Part shown: piece by piece, positions 26,863 through 36,384 of the stretch
How the letters are laid out: each line of letters opens with the position of its first letter
Position numbering within the stretch: position 1 is the stretch's first letter
Sequence record: PP488543.1
DNA: 64,000 bases
From: Escherichia phage BP9
Strand: one strand, 5' to 3'
Translations under genes and position numbers: made by a program
The notes under the pieces: generated by a model
Databases searched by the model: none
Told to the model about the DNA's origin: nothing
What the model saw: only the letters and a program-made list of their open reading frames with translations

Positions 26863-27180
26863 TCATTCTCCAAAGTCAATTTTTACTTTGCCTTTCCCCT
26901 TACCTTTCTTTCCACCACATTTAGCCAGCTGACGTGCTGCAACATCTACCATACGGTCAGTTGCCTCGTAAGCATCACTGCCTTTAGCTTTGGCAATAAC
27001 TTCTTTTCCAGAAGTGTCAAAAATGAACGCCATAACTTCCTGGTGATCATTTTCAACTTTTACACTTACACGTGCATGATTTACAGAAGGATGTAGACGC
27101 TCCAGTTTTGACATTTTGTGGGAAATGAAAGACACCATACCTTCGGTGATTTCTACGTTGCCAGTGATCTCAATTTGCAT
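26863..27180 (-). CDS. hpf: ribosome hibernation promoting factor (HPF/YfiA) homolog
   Basis: MQIEITGNVEITEGM..KLERL..ARVSVKVE....GSDAYEATDRMVDVAARQL resembles E. coli HPF (MQLNITGNNVEITEAL..KLEQY..VYVVLKVE..GQDMYAAIDGLIDKLARQL); RBS GAGGAG. Confidence 0.75.
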   Translation of the reverse strand: MQIEITGNVEITEGMVSFISHKMSKLERLHPSVNHARVSVKVENDHQEVMAFIFDTSGKEVIAKAKGSDAYEATDRMVDVAARQLAKCGGKKGKGKGKVKIDFGE

Positions 27181-27267
27181 AACGTGCTCCTCTCAAGGAA
27201 GGGAGAATAACAACCATCTCTCTTTGAAAACAATAATACTATAGCTGAAGCGTTGTGTCAACAGTTT

Positions 27268-27558
27268 TTACAGCTTGTTGTCGATAGTATCTAAAATATC
27301 TACAGCAAGATCTGCCATTTTTCGAACATACTCTGCAAACTCAACAGGATCCTTGATCAAAGAATTCACAGGGTCGTACCCTAGAGCGTTCAAAATGGCT
27401 GCAGCATCTACAACCTTTTCATCATTTGCAAAGATCTCTCCGTCAAACTTATAGGTCCATTTTGAGTCAATCTTGGCAGGGCATGGTTGGTCCATGCTTG
27501 TTACACCATCGTCTTTAACCTCTCCTGCGTTATCAATATTCAGAACTAAATCCATCAT
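27268..27558 (-). CDS. hypothetical acidic protein (96 aa)
   Basis: ORF in array. Confidence 0.5.
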   Translation of the reverse strand: MMDLVLNIDNAGEVKDDGVTSMDQPCPAKIDSKWTYKFDGEIFANDEKVVDAAAILNALGYDPVNSLIKDPVEFAEYVRKMADLAVDILDTIDNKL

Positions 27559-27575
27559 AGTGGCACCTCACTGTT

Positions 27576-27974
27576 TCAGTTTAGCTTTTCTTCAACAACC
27601 CCATAGCTCGGGGCAGAGTCAAGAGCTTTTTGGTTTAAAAGTGGTGTAGCAGAATCTGCAAACGGTGTCCAAGTTTTTGTTCTGGCATTCCAGTAATGCT
27701 TCACTCTGGAATCAGGATGAACTATAACAAAAACTTTTTCGCTTGTCAACACATTGATTTCTTCTACACCCTTGCTGATAATTTCTCCGTCATAACCCCC
27801 AGTCTGGTATCCTTCGTACCAGGTTCTTGCATAGGCATAGCCAGCCTGCCAGCATGCAGCCTCCTCCGAGGTGGAGACTACGTAGAAGTCTTTCTCAAAT
27901 TCCGGAATACGCCCTTGCTTTACGCTCCAAGCTCCGCGAATTTTCATTGTAACTTTAAACAGTTTATTTTTCAC
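27576..27974 (-). CDS. hypothetical protein (132 aa), paralog of 25368..25763
   Basis: Shared motif FVIVHPDSRVKHYWNARTKTWTP. Confidence 0.5.
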   Translation of the reverse strand: MKNKLFKVTMKIRGAWSVKQGRIPEFEKDFYVVSTSEEAACWQAGYAYARTWYEGYQTGGYDGEIISKGVEEINVLTSEKVFVIVHPDSRVKHYWNARTKTWTPFADSATPLLNQKALDSAPSYGVVEEKLN

Positions 27975-27986
27975 AACGGTTACCCA

Positions 27987-28241
27987 TCACAGCTCTACAA
28001 TATCCACATCTGACCCTACCCCAAAGGCATAATAGGACTCTTCCCCGAAATAATATTCAGGTGCACCAGCGGTGATCAGGTCTGATCCCAAGATAAACAC
28101 CACGTTGTGGCCTACATAACTGTGATGTTGCCGCACAGGATCATCCCACGGCAACCCTTCAAAGTATACCGCAGGAACGACCTTTCCCTTCAGGAAGGAT
28201 TGTCCCAAGTAGACGTTAGAATCAAGAATTTTAACCTTCAT
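27987..28241 (-). CDS. small acidic protein (84 aa), MKVK family
   Basis: MKVKILDSNVYLGQ...DLITAGA...GSDVDIVEL. Confidence 0.5.
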   Translation of the reverse strand: MKVKILDSNVYLGQSFLKGKVVPAVYFEGLPWDDPVRQHHSYVGHNVVFILGSDLITAGAPEYYFGEESYYAFGVGSDVDIVEL

Positions 28242-28458
28242 GATCGTCCTCCACTATCTCTACATCCTCACCTAGGGCAAAGTTGTAGGTCCACTGACTG
28301 TCAAAGCATTCCTGAGATGAACCAGCTGCAATAAGATCTGCCCCTTTTATTTTTAAAAGGTCAGGGTAATCTTCGTTAGGGACAGCAGTAAACACTTTCC
28401 CTACTAAAGGCTCCTGACCAATATAGAAGCTTGAATCTAAAACTTTAACTTTCATCAA
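28231..28458 (-). CDS. small acidic protein (75 aa), MKVK family
   Basis: MMKVKVLDSSFYIGQ...DLIAAGS...GEDVEIVED. Confidence 0.5.
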   Translation of the reverse strand: MMKVKVLDSSFYIGQEPLVGKVFTAVPNEDYPDLLKIKGADLIAAGSSQECFDSQWTYNFALGEDVEIVEDDHEG

Positions 28459-28739
28459 CGGTCTCCATCAGGTGGTTGTGGGACGTAAACACTGTTACGA
28501 ATCTCGTCAGCAGTGTAGTAACAAGTTTTCCCCTCTCTGTCTCTGGCAGCAATGTATTCAGCTATACCAATAAGTGCCATAGCCTTGGTTGCGTATCTCT
28601 TAAGCTCGTTAGCTCCCCAGCAAAATCTCTGCCAAAACGGTATGAAACCGAATAGGTACACTTTCTGTTTCACTATCCAATAAGTTCCTTTACAGATCAC
28701 TTTAAACTCTGCAGCACTATTGCTAACACTATTGCTCAT
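28455..28739 (-). CDS. hypothetical protein (94 aa)
   Basis: ORF with overlapping stop/start. Confidence 0.45.
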   Translation of the reverse strand: MSNSVSNSAAEFKVICKGTYWIVKQKVYLFGFIPFWQRFCWGANELKRYATKAMALIGIAEYIAARDREGKTCYYTADEIRNSVYVPQPPDGDR

Positions 28740-28751
28740 TATCTTCTCCTT

Positions 28752-29036
28752 TTATTTTTCTGGGTTTGGCAGATATTGCACATTAGCAGGAGGAACACCG
28801 GATAGCTCCCAAACAACCATAGTGCTGTACCCTGGCACACTTCTAACATTTAAAAGAGTAGGAGCACCAACACATTTAAACTTCCTTTTCCCAAATCCGT
28901 TCTCCATCATAACCCAGTATCCGGTATCCTGATCACCGGGAATTTGTGTTCCATCATCGTCCACCCAGCGGACGGTCCATTTCGATACAGCAACAGCCTG
29001 GTATTTAAACTTTTTAAACCACTCGAACAGTTTCAT
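28752..29036 (-). CDS. hypothetical protein (94 aa)
   Basis: ORF in array. Confidence 0.5.
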   Translation of the reverse strand: MKLFEWFKKFKYQAVAVSKWTVRWVDDDGTQIPGDQDTGYWVMMENGFGKRKFKCVGAPTLLNVRSVPGYSTMVVWELSGVPPANVQYLPNPEK

Positions 29037-29131
29037 AATTCAGCCTCGCATAGCCATAATAACTATAAACAGACAAATAATGAATCCGAATGCCACGCCA
29101 CCCATAAACGTTAATATTGATGCGATCATAA

Positions 29132-29317
29132 TCAATCAGCCTCGTTTGGCAGCTCTTCCATTTTGACATACCGGAAAGTGTTGCCGTAATAGTTGATCCA
29201 TGACATCAGCTCACTTTCTTGCTCTTCCTCTGGGATGGACTCTCGAACGCTGACAAGTTTTAAGAAAACCCAATCACAATCCACCCCCATCCTACCAGAC
29301 AGACAATAGTGCTTCAT
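29132..29317 (-). CDS. hypothetical protein (61 aa)
   Basis: ORF in array. Confidence 0.4.
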   Translation of the reverse strand: MKHYCLSGRMGVDCDWVFLKLVSVRESIPEEEQESELMSWINYYGNTFRYVKMEELPNEAD

Positions 29318-29335
29318 AAAACCCTCCCGCCTGGT

Positions 29336-29530
29336 TTAGAATATTGCTTCTTCCATTGCACCTGAGAGCAACAAGGAGGTAATCTGGCTAACATTCATCT
29401 CAGACTCCACTTCCTCTCCTTTGAAAGGTTCGCGGCAGAATAGGACTGTTTCAGGATTTTTACTTCGAACAATATAATACAAATCATTCAAAGTGTTGTA
29501 GTAATAAGTGTTAAAACGTAAGTTTTTCAT
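29336..29530 (-). CDS. hypothetical protein (64 aa)
   Basis: ORF in array. Confidence 0.4.
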   Translation of the reverse strand: MKNLRFNTYYYNTLNDLYYIVRSKNPETVLFCREPFKGEEVESEMNVSQITSLLLSGAMEEAIF

Positions 29531-29814
29531 TTTCTAGTCCCCTTTTTAGATTTTTGTGCAGAAACGCTTTCTGCAATACGAGACAGGCGTTCTTCTGAAG
29601 CTTTACCTACCCCAGGTTTCTTGAGCGGGTTATCTTTATGACCGCAATCCAATTGGATGCTAGATACATCCCCAACCTTGTAAGTCAATTCTAGCAAAAG
29701 GTTGTCGTCCTTGTCAAATGTTTTTACGATAAATTTTTTATCGTCCTCCTTAACTTCATATCTAGTACCTGCAGTATACAGCATGGTGCCATCAGCGTAG
29801 GATATCCAGATCAT
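29527..29814 (-). CDS. hypothetical protein (95 aa)
   Basis: Overlapping stop/start with neighbours. Confidence 0.5.
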   Translation of the reverse strand: MIWISYADGTMLYTAGTRYEVKEDDKKFIVKTFDKDDNLLLELTYKVGDVSSIQLDCGHKDNPLKKPGVGKASEERLSRIAESVSAQKSKKGTRK

Positions 29815-30158
29815 TGCACCTCCTTCTGCTGCAACAGCATCAACTCTTTGTTGGAAATCTTTACTGCTGTCTTTATTGTCCCATCTTCACGGAACCACGA
29901 CCAGAATTCTACAGTGTCACCACTATCAAGCAAGGCATGACCATGGTAAAAATCTTTGTCCTTAGACAGTTTCTCATCTATATCTGCATCAACACATTCG
30001 TGATCCATAGCATTTTGCCTGAACGCATCGGTTATGCCAATGCACGCCTTGCTCTCAAGGCTGGTATACCCAATATCTTTTAATTCAGTTTCCCAAGTCC
30101 AGTACCCTATAAAAGCCACAACAGCTACCCACATCAATATCGATTTAATCTTTGACAT
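29811..30158 (-). CDS. membrane-anchored protein (115 aa)
   Basis: N-terminal hydrophobic helix ILMWVAVVAFIGYW. Confidence 0.5.
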   Translation of the reverse strand: MSKIKSILMWVAVVAFIGYWTWETELKDIGYTSLESKACIGITDAFRQNAMDHECVDADIDEKLSKDKDFYHGHALLDSGDTVEFWSWFREDGTIKTAVKISNKELMLLQQKEVQ

Positions 30159-30218
30159 TCTCTCTACCTCTTTCTTAATTTGTTTAATTATGGCACATCC
30201 TTTGTGCCTTGTTACACA

Positions 30219-30680
30219 CTACTTAAACAACAGTTCAAAATAGTGCAAAATTAACAGAAGTTGAATTACGCCCAGCACAACGGCAAGTATGTTAATCTTA
30301 GAATCAAAAAACTTCTTAACTTTTACCCTAAAAGGTTCCTTAATGTCCTTTACGATCCTATCTATAGATGATCTCATATCTCTGATTACCATCCTGAACA
30401 TTAAAGACGGATGATCCCTCTCTGTAACGGAATCGAAAACATACTCTCTTTGATCATAAGGGCCGCCAGCTCTGCGTATTAACCTCTCCACAGAGACCTC
30501 GAACGTCACACCTGTAACGTAATCATCTATGACAAGTAGTGACGGGTCTTTACCATCAAGAGGCATCAAAGTTATCTTTCCAGATTTTGTTAAAATCTCT
30601 CCTTTTTCAAGTAAGGTGTACCAATGCTCTCTGCCAAGACTGTTGAGGCACGTTTTTACATATTTAACAAACATCGTCAC
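30219..30680 (-). CDS. hypothetical protein with C-terminal TM helix (153 aa)
   Basis: C-terminal ILAVVLGVIQLLLILHYF. Confidence 0.5.
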   Translation of the reverse strand: MTMFVKYVKTCLNSLGREHWYTLLEKGEILTKSGKITLMPLDGKDPSLLVIDDYVTGVTFEVSVERLIRRAGGPYDQREYVFDSVTERDHPSLMFRMVIRDMRSSIDRIVKDIKEPFRVKVKKFFDSKINILAVVLGVIQLLLILHYFELLFK

Positions 30681-30862
30681 CCCTCATCACACGTCTGATA
30701 TAACCACTCTATAAAATCTTGATACCATTCGCCCTCTGAGCGCTCCGTAGGCCAATAATCTTCACCCTCTCGTGCATTAAAATCTGAGTATTCAACTTTC
30801 CACTCCTTTACCAGCTCGTGGAGAAGGTTTTCAGCCTGCTCTAAAGATTTATTTTTTGCCAT
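30677..30862 (-). CDS. hypothetical protein (61 aa)
   Basis: ATG 30862 after AAGGAGAC; track start 30880 is TTG. Confidence 0.45.
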   Translation of the reverse strand: MAKNKSLEQAENLLHELVKEWKVEYSDFNAREGEDYWPTERSEGEWYQDFIEWLYQTCDEG

Positions 30863-31081
30863 TGCTGTCTCCTTTTTCAAGATATTTATACATCAGAACT
30901 GCACCACCTAAGATGGCTACCAGTAACAATACCCCAGATAGCATCTCAATAAACATGGCTTGAAACACTGGAAGGTCTCCCTAAATTAACGCACCACTTT
31001 AAATACATGCTCTTTTCCCATAAAGGTGCCTGGCTAAGATCTGCGTAGAACGCAATCTCTTTAAGAACAGTATAAACAGTT

Positions 31082-31318
31082 TTAGGTGCGGTCTCCATCC
31101 CTACTCCCCTTTTTCTCCTTACGGATATTCTTGTAGTAATCAACTAGGCACATTATTACGATGAAGATAACAATAGGCCAAAAAGGTGCAGCAGTGATGA
31201 TGGTGATAAAATCATCAAACTTCACCCTTCGTCTAGACACGATGCATACACCTGTCAAGAATACCGCTGTTATAACGGCTATTACCAGGTAACCTATTAG
31301 CACAACATTTATACTCAT
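31082..31318 (-). CDS. membrane protein (78 aa)
   Basis: RBS AAAGGGAGGG; two hydrophobic helices. Confidence 0.5.
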   Translation of the reverse strand: MSINVVLIGYLVIAVITAVFLTGVCIVSRRRVKFDDFITIITAAPFWPIVIFIVIMCLVDYYKNIRKEKKGSRDGDRT

Positions 31319-31348
31319 TAGCCCTCCCTTTGTAGGTTAAATTATATA

Positions 31349-31882
31349 CTACAGATGGTTGCTGATGGTGTCAAGAAAATTATCTCGTTCTTTCTCGGAG
31401 TTTTCACGGGTGTAGTTGAAAAACATATCTAGAATAACCTTATTGATATATTCCAGCTCCTCTGTGTTCAGGTACTTAGCAGGATCTACAATGACATCCC
31501 AAGTCTCATACAGACCGCACTCATGATACCCCCAACGCTGCTCAATTGTCAAGCTGAGTGGCAAATCTTTACCGTCACAAACAACCTTCCATCTACAAAT
31601 GCTGGTATCTGGTCGTATCTGTGCACGGTATACCTGTACAAAATCCAATTTGAATTTGAGGTACTCGTCATACAATTTAAGCACAAAGCTCTCGATTTGT
31701 GGAGACACTTTTGCAGCAAACTGTGCGTATTTATACTTGCACTGGATGATCTTTCTGCGTTTTGCAGTTAAATTTTTTGCAGCCAGTTGTTCTTCAGTGT
31801 ATCTCCATCTACGATCAACAAACGCAACAGGATCTTTGTCCCCATAGAGGTATTCCCAGTTAATCAGAAGCATACCTGTCAC
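31349..31882 (-). CDS. hypothetical protein (177 aa)
   Basis: ORF; no motif recognised. Confidence 0.5.
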   Translation of the reverse strand: MTGMLLINWEYLYGDKDPVAFVDRRWRYTEEQLAAKNLTAKRRKIIQCKYKYAQFAAKVSPQIESFVLKLYDEYLKFKLDFVQVYRAQIRPDTSICRWKVVCDGKDLPLSLTIEQRWGYHECGLYETWDVIVDPAKYLNTEELEYINKVILDMFFNYTRENSEKERDNFLDTISNHL

Positions 31883-32112
31883 TCCTCCACAACTTCAAGG
31901 CCTTTGCCGCCTCGTTCTGGTAGATTACTTAAAGACAGGTAATACGTATAGTCAGGAGAGATCCTGCCAGACTCTGCACCTGCAGCTAATAAATCTTTTC
32001 CCTTAACCATGACAACATTATCGTTTGCAGATAGCCGTTTTGCTTCCACAATTTTACCGATGCAGTCAACCAAGGAAGGGTATCCTAAATCTGTAAGAAA
32101 TTTAACTTTCAT
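31879..32112 (-). CDS. small acidic protein (77 aa), MKVK family
   Basis: MKVKFLTDLGYP...DLLAAGA...GLEVVEE. Confidence 0.5.
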   Translation of the reverse strand: MKVKFLTDLGYPSLVDCIGKIVEAKRLSANDNVVMVKGKDLLAAGAESGRISPDYTYYLSLSNLPERGGKGLEVVEE

Positions 32113-32151
32113 GCTACCTCCTACTTCTACCGTCCCTGGTAAGATAAATTA

Positions 32152-32550
32152 TTACTGAACAGAGCGCGGAGCTGGGAAGGATAACTCTTCTAAAGAGAAG
32201 ATTTCATTTCCCACAATCCATGTTGCCGGATCATCTTGGTTGACTGGATAGATAATCATCACCTCGTCCGTGTTACATACCCGCTTTTTACCTGTGGAGT
32301 TATCAGCAACCAGCATACGCGGTTCTTCAGAAATGCACAGGTAGCCTCCTCGGCCCACTGTTCCTTCCACAGGGTCTTGTCCTTTGATCACGATGATTAT
32401 CTTTTCACCTGCGGCAATATTACCTTGCACACTTACCGTTTGACCAACCTTAGAAGTACCAGTCTGGGTTACTTCAAACATTACATCCCGAATTACTGTT
32501 GCATAATCGCCAGAAACTTTCTTACCTTCTTTAGTGATCTCAATCTTCAT
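32152..32550 (-). CDS. hypothetical protein (132 aa)
   Basis: N-terminal MKIEITKEG. Confidence 0.5.
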   Translation of the reverse strand: MKIEITKEGKKVSGDYATVIRDVMFEVTQTGTSKVGQTVSVQGNIAAGEKIIIVIKGQDPVEGTVGRGGYLCISEEPRMLVADNSTGKKRVCNTDEVMIIYPVNQDDPATWIVGNEIFSLEELSFPAPRSVQ

Positions 32551-32786
32551 ACACTAGGCTCCTTAAATGAATCTATGTAATCAATTAAATCCCAAGCATC
32601 CCTATGACCTGTCAGAGGGTATACTTCTCCAAGAGGGATCATAGCAATAAGCCTATCAAAAACCCAGTCTGGACGCAACATTTTATGATGATATTCCCAC
32701 TCACCTTCTACAGATTTTTTCTGAGTGATCAGAATCTCTGTGTAGTGTTTCGCCTGTCTTGAGTAAATTGAAAATGACTTGTACAT
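32547..32786 (-). CDS. hypothetical protein (79 aa)
   Basis: ATG 32786 after AAGGGGGTC. Confidence 0.45.
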   Translation of the reverse strand: MYKSFSIYSRQAKHYTEILITQKKSVEGEWEYHHKMLRPDWVFDRLIAMIPLGEVYPLTGHRDAWDLIDYIDSFKEPSV

Positions 32787-32820
32787 AAATGACCCCCTTG
32801 TTGATAACAACAATACACAA

Positions 32821-33105
32821 CTACCAAGTTACTGTCAAGTAGGCAACCGTGTTATTTTTCTCTGGAGAGATGCCAACAACATCTACCTGCAGACCTCCTG
32901 CCCTCAAATCCCCAACAATATGCGGGAAGTAATCTGAGAGATGCGAGGGTAGATTTATCGAAAATCCGCATCCCAGAAAGCCTGCTAACGCTTTATTTTG
33001 TATCTCCCCTACAATCGCATCATAAATGGAGTTAAGCTCGTCAGGGAGCGTTACAGGACGTTTTAGCGCCAACTGGTGCAACTTGTCCTTAGCACTCATT
33101 TTCAT
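32821..33105 (-). CDS. hypothetical protein (94 aa)
   Basis: ATG directly after methyltransferase stop; start uncertain (33099/33105). Confidence 0.4.
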   Translation of the reverse strand: MKMSAKDKLHQLALKRPVTLPDELNSIYDAIVGEIQNKALAGFLGCGFSINLPSHLSDYFPHIVGDLRAGGLQVDVVGISPEKNNTVAYLTVTW

Positions 33106-33635
33106 TTCAAGTCTACCTCTGGTGGTGCCAACCACATAAATGGCGGCAAGTCTAGACGGTTTTTCTTGTCCCATACAAAATAGGCATATGCCTGCCCATC
33201 CGTTCTACCGTTGGATTGGAATGACGGACGCTTAGATATTGTGATCACAGTGGTAGGTGCATTATCAAGCCACCATTCAAATCTGGCCTTGCTTTCCAGA
33301 AAATTAAGACGCAAAAGCATAATAACTACGTCAGCATCTTTCAACGCCTTGTCTACGAACTCACGGGCCAGACTGTATGGTGGGTTGGTGATAATACAGT
33401 CAACATGGTTGTATTCTGTATTCAGATAGTCAACACCTTCTTGGATTTCTCCCCATGCAGATCCTAACGGCATACGGGAGTAGAACACACCTGAGGCACT
33501 ATTCCTGCAAGGCTCTAAGTAGGTCCAGTCCTCTGGGAACGGAATAAGGTCATACAGCCCTTCTGCACACCACTCCGGTGTCACATACTCATCGTATGCG
33601 TTACGTTGTTCATCAGGTTTTCTAGCACAAGTCAT
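33102..33635 (-). CDS. DNA methyltransferase (N6-adenine/N4-cytosine type, NPPY motif)
   Basis: CIITNPPYSLA catalytic motif; RBS GGAGA. Confidence 0.5.
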   Translation of the reverse strand: MTCARKPDEQRNAYDEYVTPEWCAEGLYDLIPFPEDWTYLEPCRNSASGVFYSRMPLGSAWGEIQEGVDYLNTEYNHVDCIITNPPYSLAREFVDKALKDADVVIMLLRLNFLESKARFEWWLDNAPTTVITISKRPSFQSNGRTDGQAYAYFVWDKKNRLDLPPFMWLAPPEVDLK

Positions 33636-33686
33636 GCAAATCTCCAGATCATAAAAGCCCTCCGAAGAGGGCTTTAGAATTAATGT

Positions 33687-34736
33687 TTAAGCTTCTTCGA
33701 CAATTCCTGCACCCAGGATTTTTTCATTGAGCTCTTTTGCTGTTTTAATAATATTGTCCACCAGACGCTTGCGAGTCTTATCTTTTACCTTAACCTCTTC
33801 ACCGCCGTTCAGAGTAGTCTTCAATTGAGACAGAATATCCTGAAGTTCGACGACAGAGAATCGCTGCAGATCTTCTGAAGTAATTTCACCCAGGGCGATC
33901 CGGACGGTCTCGCCACTTTCCATCTGCAGATTCAGGAACACAGTGTGAACATCATCTTTCATACCATTTGCTTTTGCAGACTCAACAGCATGAACCAGCT
34001 CGTCCAGAGATGTGCATTGGTGAATCTCTGGCAGGCCTGCTTCGCCTAGCACACCTTCTTCATCACTTTTTGCCAAAAGCTTTTTCGGTTTCTGTCCATT
34101 CTGAATGCGCTGAATGTTTTCATCGTCCAGAATGATAGCACCAGTTCTAGATGCCAGCTCTTCTCCATCTAACCACACTTCACCGCCAGCTGTGATGGAT
34201 GCGATCTCATCTTCTGTCAGCACCCCACCGTAGTATTTTTCGATCAGGCGTTCAAAACGTTTTTTCCAGTAGCTGACCTGAGTATTCATGTTCACACCGT
34301 TACCATAAGTGCCACCTTGATAGTAGTGGAACATAAATTCTGTGTCCGGAGCCACAGTTCGTTCTTTGCAGCCCAGCCATAAGATTGTTCCTGCCGAGCA
34401 GCACATCCCTTCAGCGTGTACAACAACGCTTGCCTGAGACTCGCGGAATGCCTGCAAATACGCCATAGCAATGTGAACGCAACCACCAGGACTGTTAATG
34501 ATCACCCGAATGCTTTCTTCCGGCTGAGCCATACGGATCGTCTGCAGACGAGACATATGATCTTGTAAGTCTTCCAAATCGTCGATATAAAGAACGTGGT
34601 CAACAACTGGTGTTGGGTAGCTGTATGTTTCCATAATACCACCCGGCATACCGAACATTTTATTACTCATAGGTTCGAAACCGTTCTGTTTTTCTTTCAT
34701 GCCGTGTACCATGGTGCTGCGAGGTGTTAAATTCAT
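33687..34736 (-). CDS. ClpP-like serine peptidase with C-terminal extension
   Basis: INSPGGCVHIAMAYLQAFRES...HAEGMCCSAGTILWL resembles ClpP (S14) fold; RBS AAGGA. Confidence 0.55.
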   Translation of the reverse strand: MNLTPRSTMVHGMKEKQNGFEPMSNKMFGMPGGIMETYSYPTPVVDHVLYIDDLEDLQDHMSRLQTIRMAQPEESIRVIINSPGGCVHIAMAYLQAFRESQASVVVHAEGMCCSAGTILWLGCKERTVAPDTEFMFHYYQGGTYGNGVNMNTQVSYWKKRFERLIEKYYGGVLTEDEIASITAGGEVWLDGEELASRTGAIILDDENIQRIQNGQKPKKLLAKSDEEGVLGEAGLPEIHQCTSLDELVHAVESAKANGMKDDVHTVFLNLQMESGETVRIALGEITSEDLQRFSVVELQDILSQLKTTLNGGEEVKVKDKTRKRLVDNIIKTAKELNEKILGAGIVEEA

Positions 34737-34796
34737 GAGAAATCCTTAATATTGGAAGTTGAAAGCTATTTATTTAAACCTGATTCACATTTACCT

Positions 34797-35108
34797 TTAT
34801 TTAGCAATCACTATAGAGTACTTACGATTGTCAGAAGCATCACAGCTCAGTGATTGCCAGTCTACCACATACCACGTATCATTGTCAACAATTACTTTAT
34901 CGCCTGTTCTGTAGCAGGTGCTGCTTTCAATAATCCGAGACTCGATAAAGAATCTGTGTCGGCGCTCACGTAGCAACGCTAAGTTGATTATATTACCACC
35001 ACTGTCCTTGATCCATACATTCTTGGATCCTTTATATGCCAGAATTGTCTCGCCGTTATAGACAAACAGGCAGTATATTTTATTCAGTTTCTCTTGTACT
35101 GTAGCCAT
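34797..35108 (-). CDS. hypothetical protein (103 aa)
   Basis: RBS AGGAGAAGGAG; TTGACA promoter-like upstream. Confidence 0.45.
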   Translation of the reverse strand: MATVQEKLNKIYCLFVYNGETILAYKGSKNVWIKDSGGNIINLALLRERRHRFFIESRIIESSTCYRTGDKVIVDNDTWYVVDWQSLSCDASDNRKYSIVIAK

Positions 35109-35206
35109 ACTATCTCCTTCTCCTTGTCCTATAATAATATCTAAAGCTTACCTGTTTGTCAAAAACTGTTTTAGATATCTAAGGGTGGAATAACCACCCT
35201 TCTGTG

Positions 35207-35995
35207 TTACTCGGAAACAGGGGTCCAAATATGATTTGCACGATCCTCAATAAGATTGAGTGCAATCTGACGACCCAATCCGGAACGAACGACATCGTCT
35301 GGACTATCAAAGCTGATCATTCCAACCTCAGGATCTGGATGACGAGTAAAGAAATCCGTCACCCATGCAAGGCCAGATTTACCAGGGATGTCACGTTGGC
35401 TATTATCGCCCATGATTACAAGGGTGGCCTGATCAGAGATCCTTGTGATAATTGACAACATTTCTTCCGGATTAGTTTGCTGTGCCTCGTCAATCAGGAC
35501 AAAGCATCGCTCATCGAAACTACGACCACGAATGCTTTCAACTTCACAAATCTCGATACGGCTGTTCTGACCATCTCCCAGCATTGCGGCAAAAGCACCT
35601 TTGCCAACACGACGACAAATCGTGTCCATCATGCTTCTAAGATAGGGCCATAGTTTCTGCATTGCATTTCCAGGTTTAAATCCTGAAGTCTTTCCTGTCT
35701 GAACGTAAGGACGTGCAACAATGATCTTATCAATCTCGTTCTTACGCAGAAGATCACCTGCATATGCAGATGCCATGAATGTCTTACCGGATCCAAACAC
35801 ACCGTTTACAATAATAATCTTACGTGACCCTAGATAATCAAGATACTTTTGCTGCTTCTTATTCATTGGTCGGAGAGCTGGAGCTGTGTGCTCTCGTTCG
35901 TCAGCAAATTTCTCAGCAGCCTTACGCAGGCGATCAGATTTGCGAGCCTCTCTAGCTTCATCACGCATGCGTTTTGTTTCTTTAGCTCGACCCAT
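35207..35995 (-). CDS. phoH: PhoH-like ATPase
   Basis: Walker A GVFGSGKT, Walker B VLIDEAQ; RBS AAGGAG. Confidence 0.8.
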   Translation of the reverse strand: MGRAKETKRMRDEAREARKSDRLRKAAEKFADEREHTAPALRPMNKKQQKYLDYLGSRKIIIVNGVFGSGKTFMASAYAGDLLRKNEIDKIIVARPYVQTGKTSGFKPGNAMQKLWPYLRSMMDTICRRVGKGAFAAMLGDGQNSRIEICEVESIRGRSFDERCFVLIDEAQQTNPEEMLSIITRISDQATLVIMGDNSQRDIPGKSGLAWVTDFFTRHPDPEVGMISFDSPDDVVRSGLGRQIALNLIEDRANHIWTPVSE

Positions 35996-36033
35996 GTTGG
36001 GACTCCTTTCAGATTGAGATGTGCCAAGTACGT

Positions 36034-36384
36034 TTACTGCAACAGTTTTTCAATAGCCGCTTCCATGCTGCTTGCAACAGCCTGAACTCGGATATTCATC
36101 TCTTCTTGGTGGATCAGCTCCTTAAGCTCTTTAATGGTAAATTCTTTAGAGAAACCTTCCACCATAATCTTGTGTAAGGCTTCTTGCGTGCCTACTTGCA
36201 AGAACTTTTCCAGTTTGTTGGCAGAGGCTTCTAAATCAGCCCGAATACGAGGGTCATCTGTGCGATTCAGCATTAGACGTAAGCCACCAAGATTAGTAGA
36301 AATAGCGTCTGCATGTTGAGTAACTAACCGTGGCAAAATGAGATCTACAAACTTATTAGCCAAATCGATACGTTCTTGTGTCAC
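36034..36384 (-). CDS. hypothetical protein (116 aa)
   Basis: GTG start overlapping upstream stop. Confidence 0.45.
   Translation of the reverse strand: MTQERIDLANKFVDLILPRLVTQHADAISTNLGGLRLMLNRTDDPRIRADLEASANKLEKFLQVGTQEALHKIMVEGFSKEFTIKELKELIHQEEMNIRVQAVASSMEAAIEKLLQ

Noticed and set aside
27696-28013. Plus-strand ORFs within the minus-strand block (also 31523..31847, 35204..35455, 44028..44710, 53474..54172, 54590..55102)
   Set aside because: Antisense to genes with clear motifs or RBS; no RBS of their own; typical shadow ORFs.
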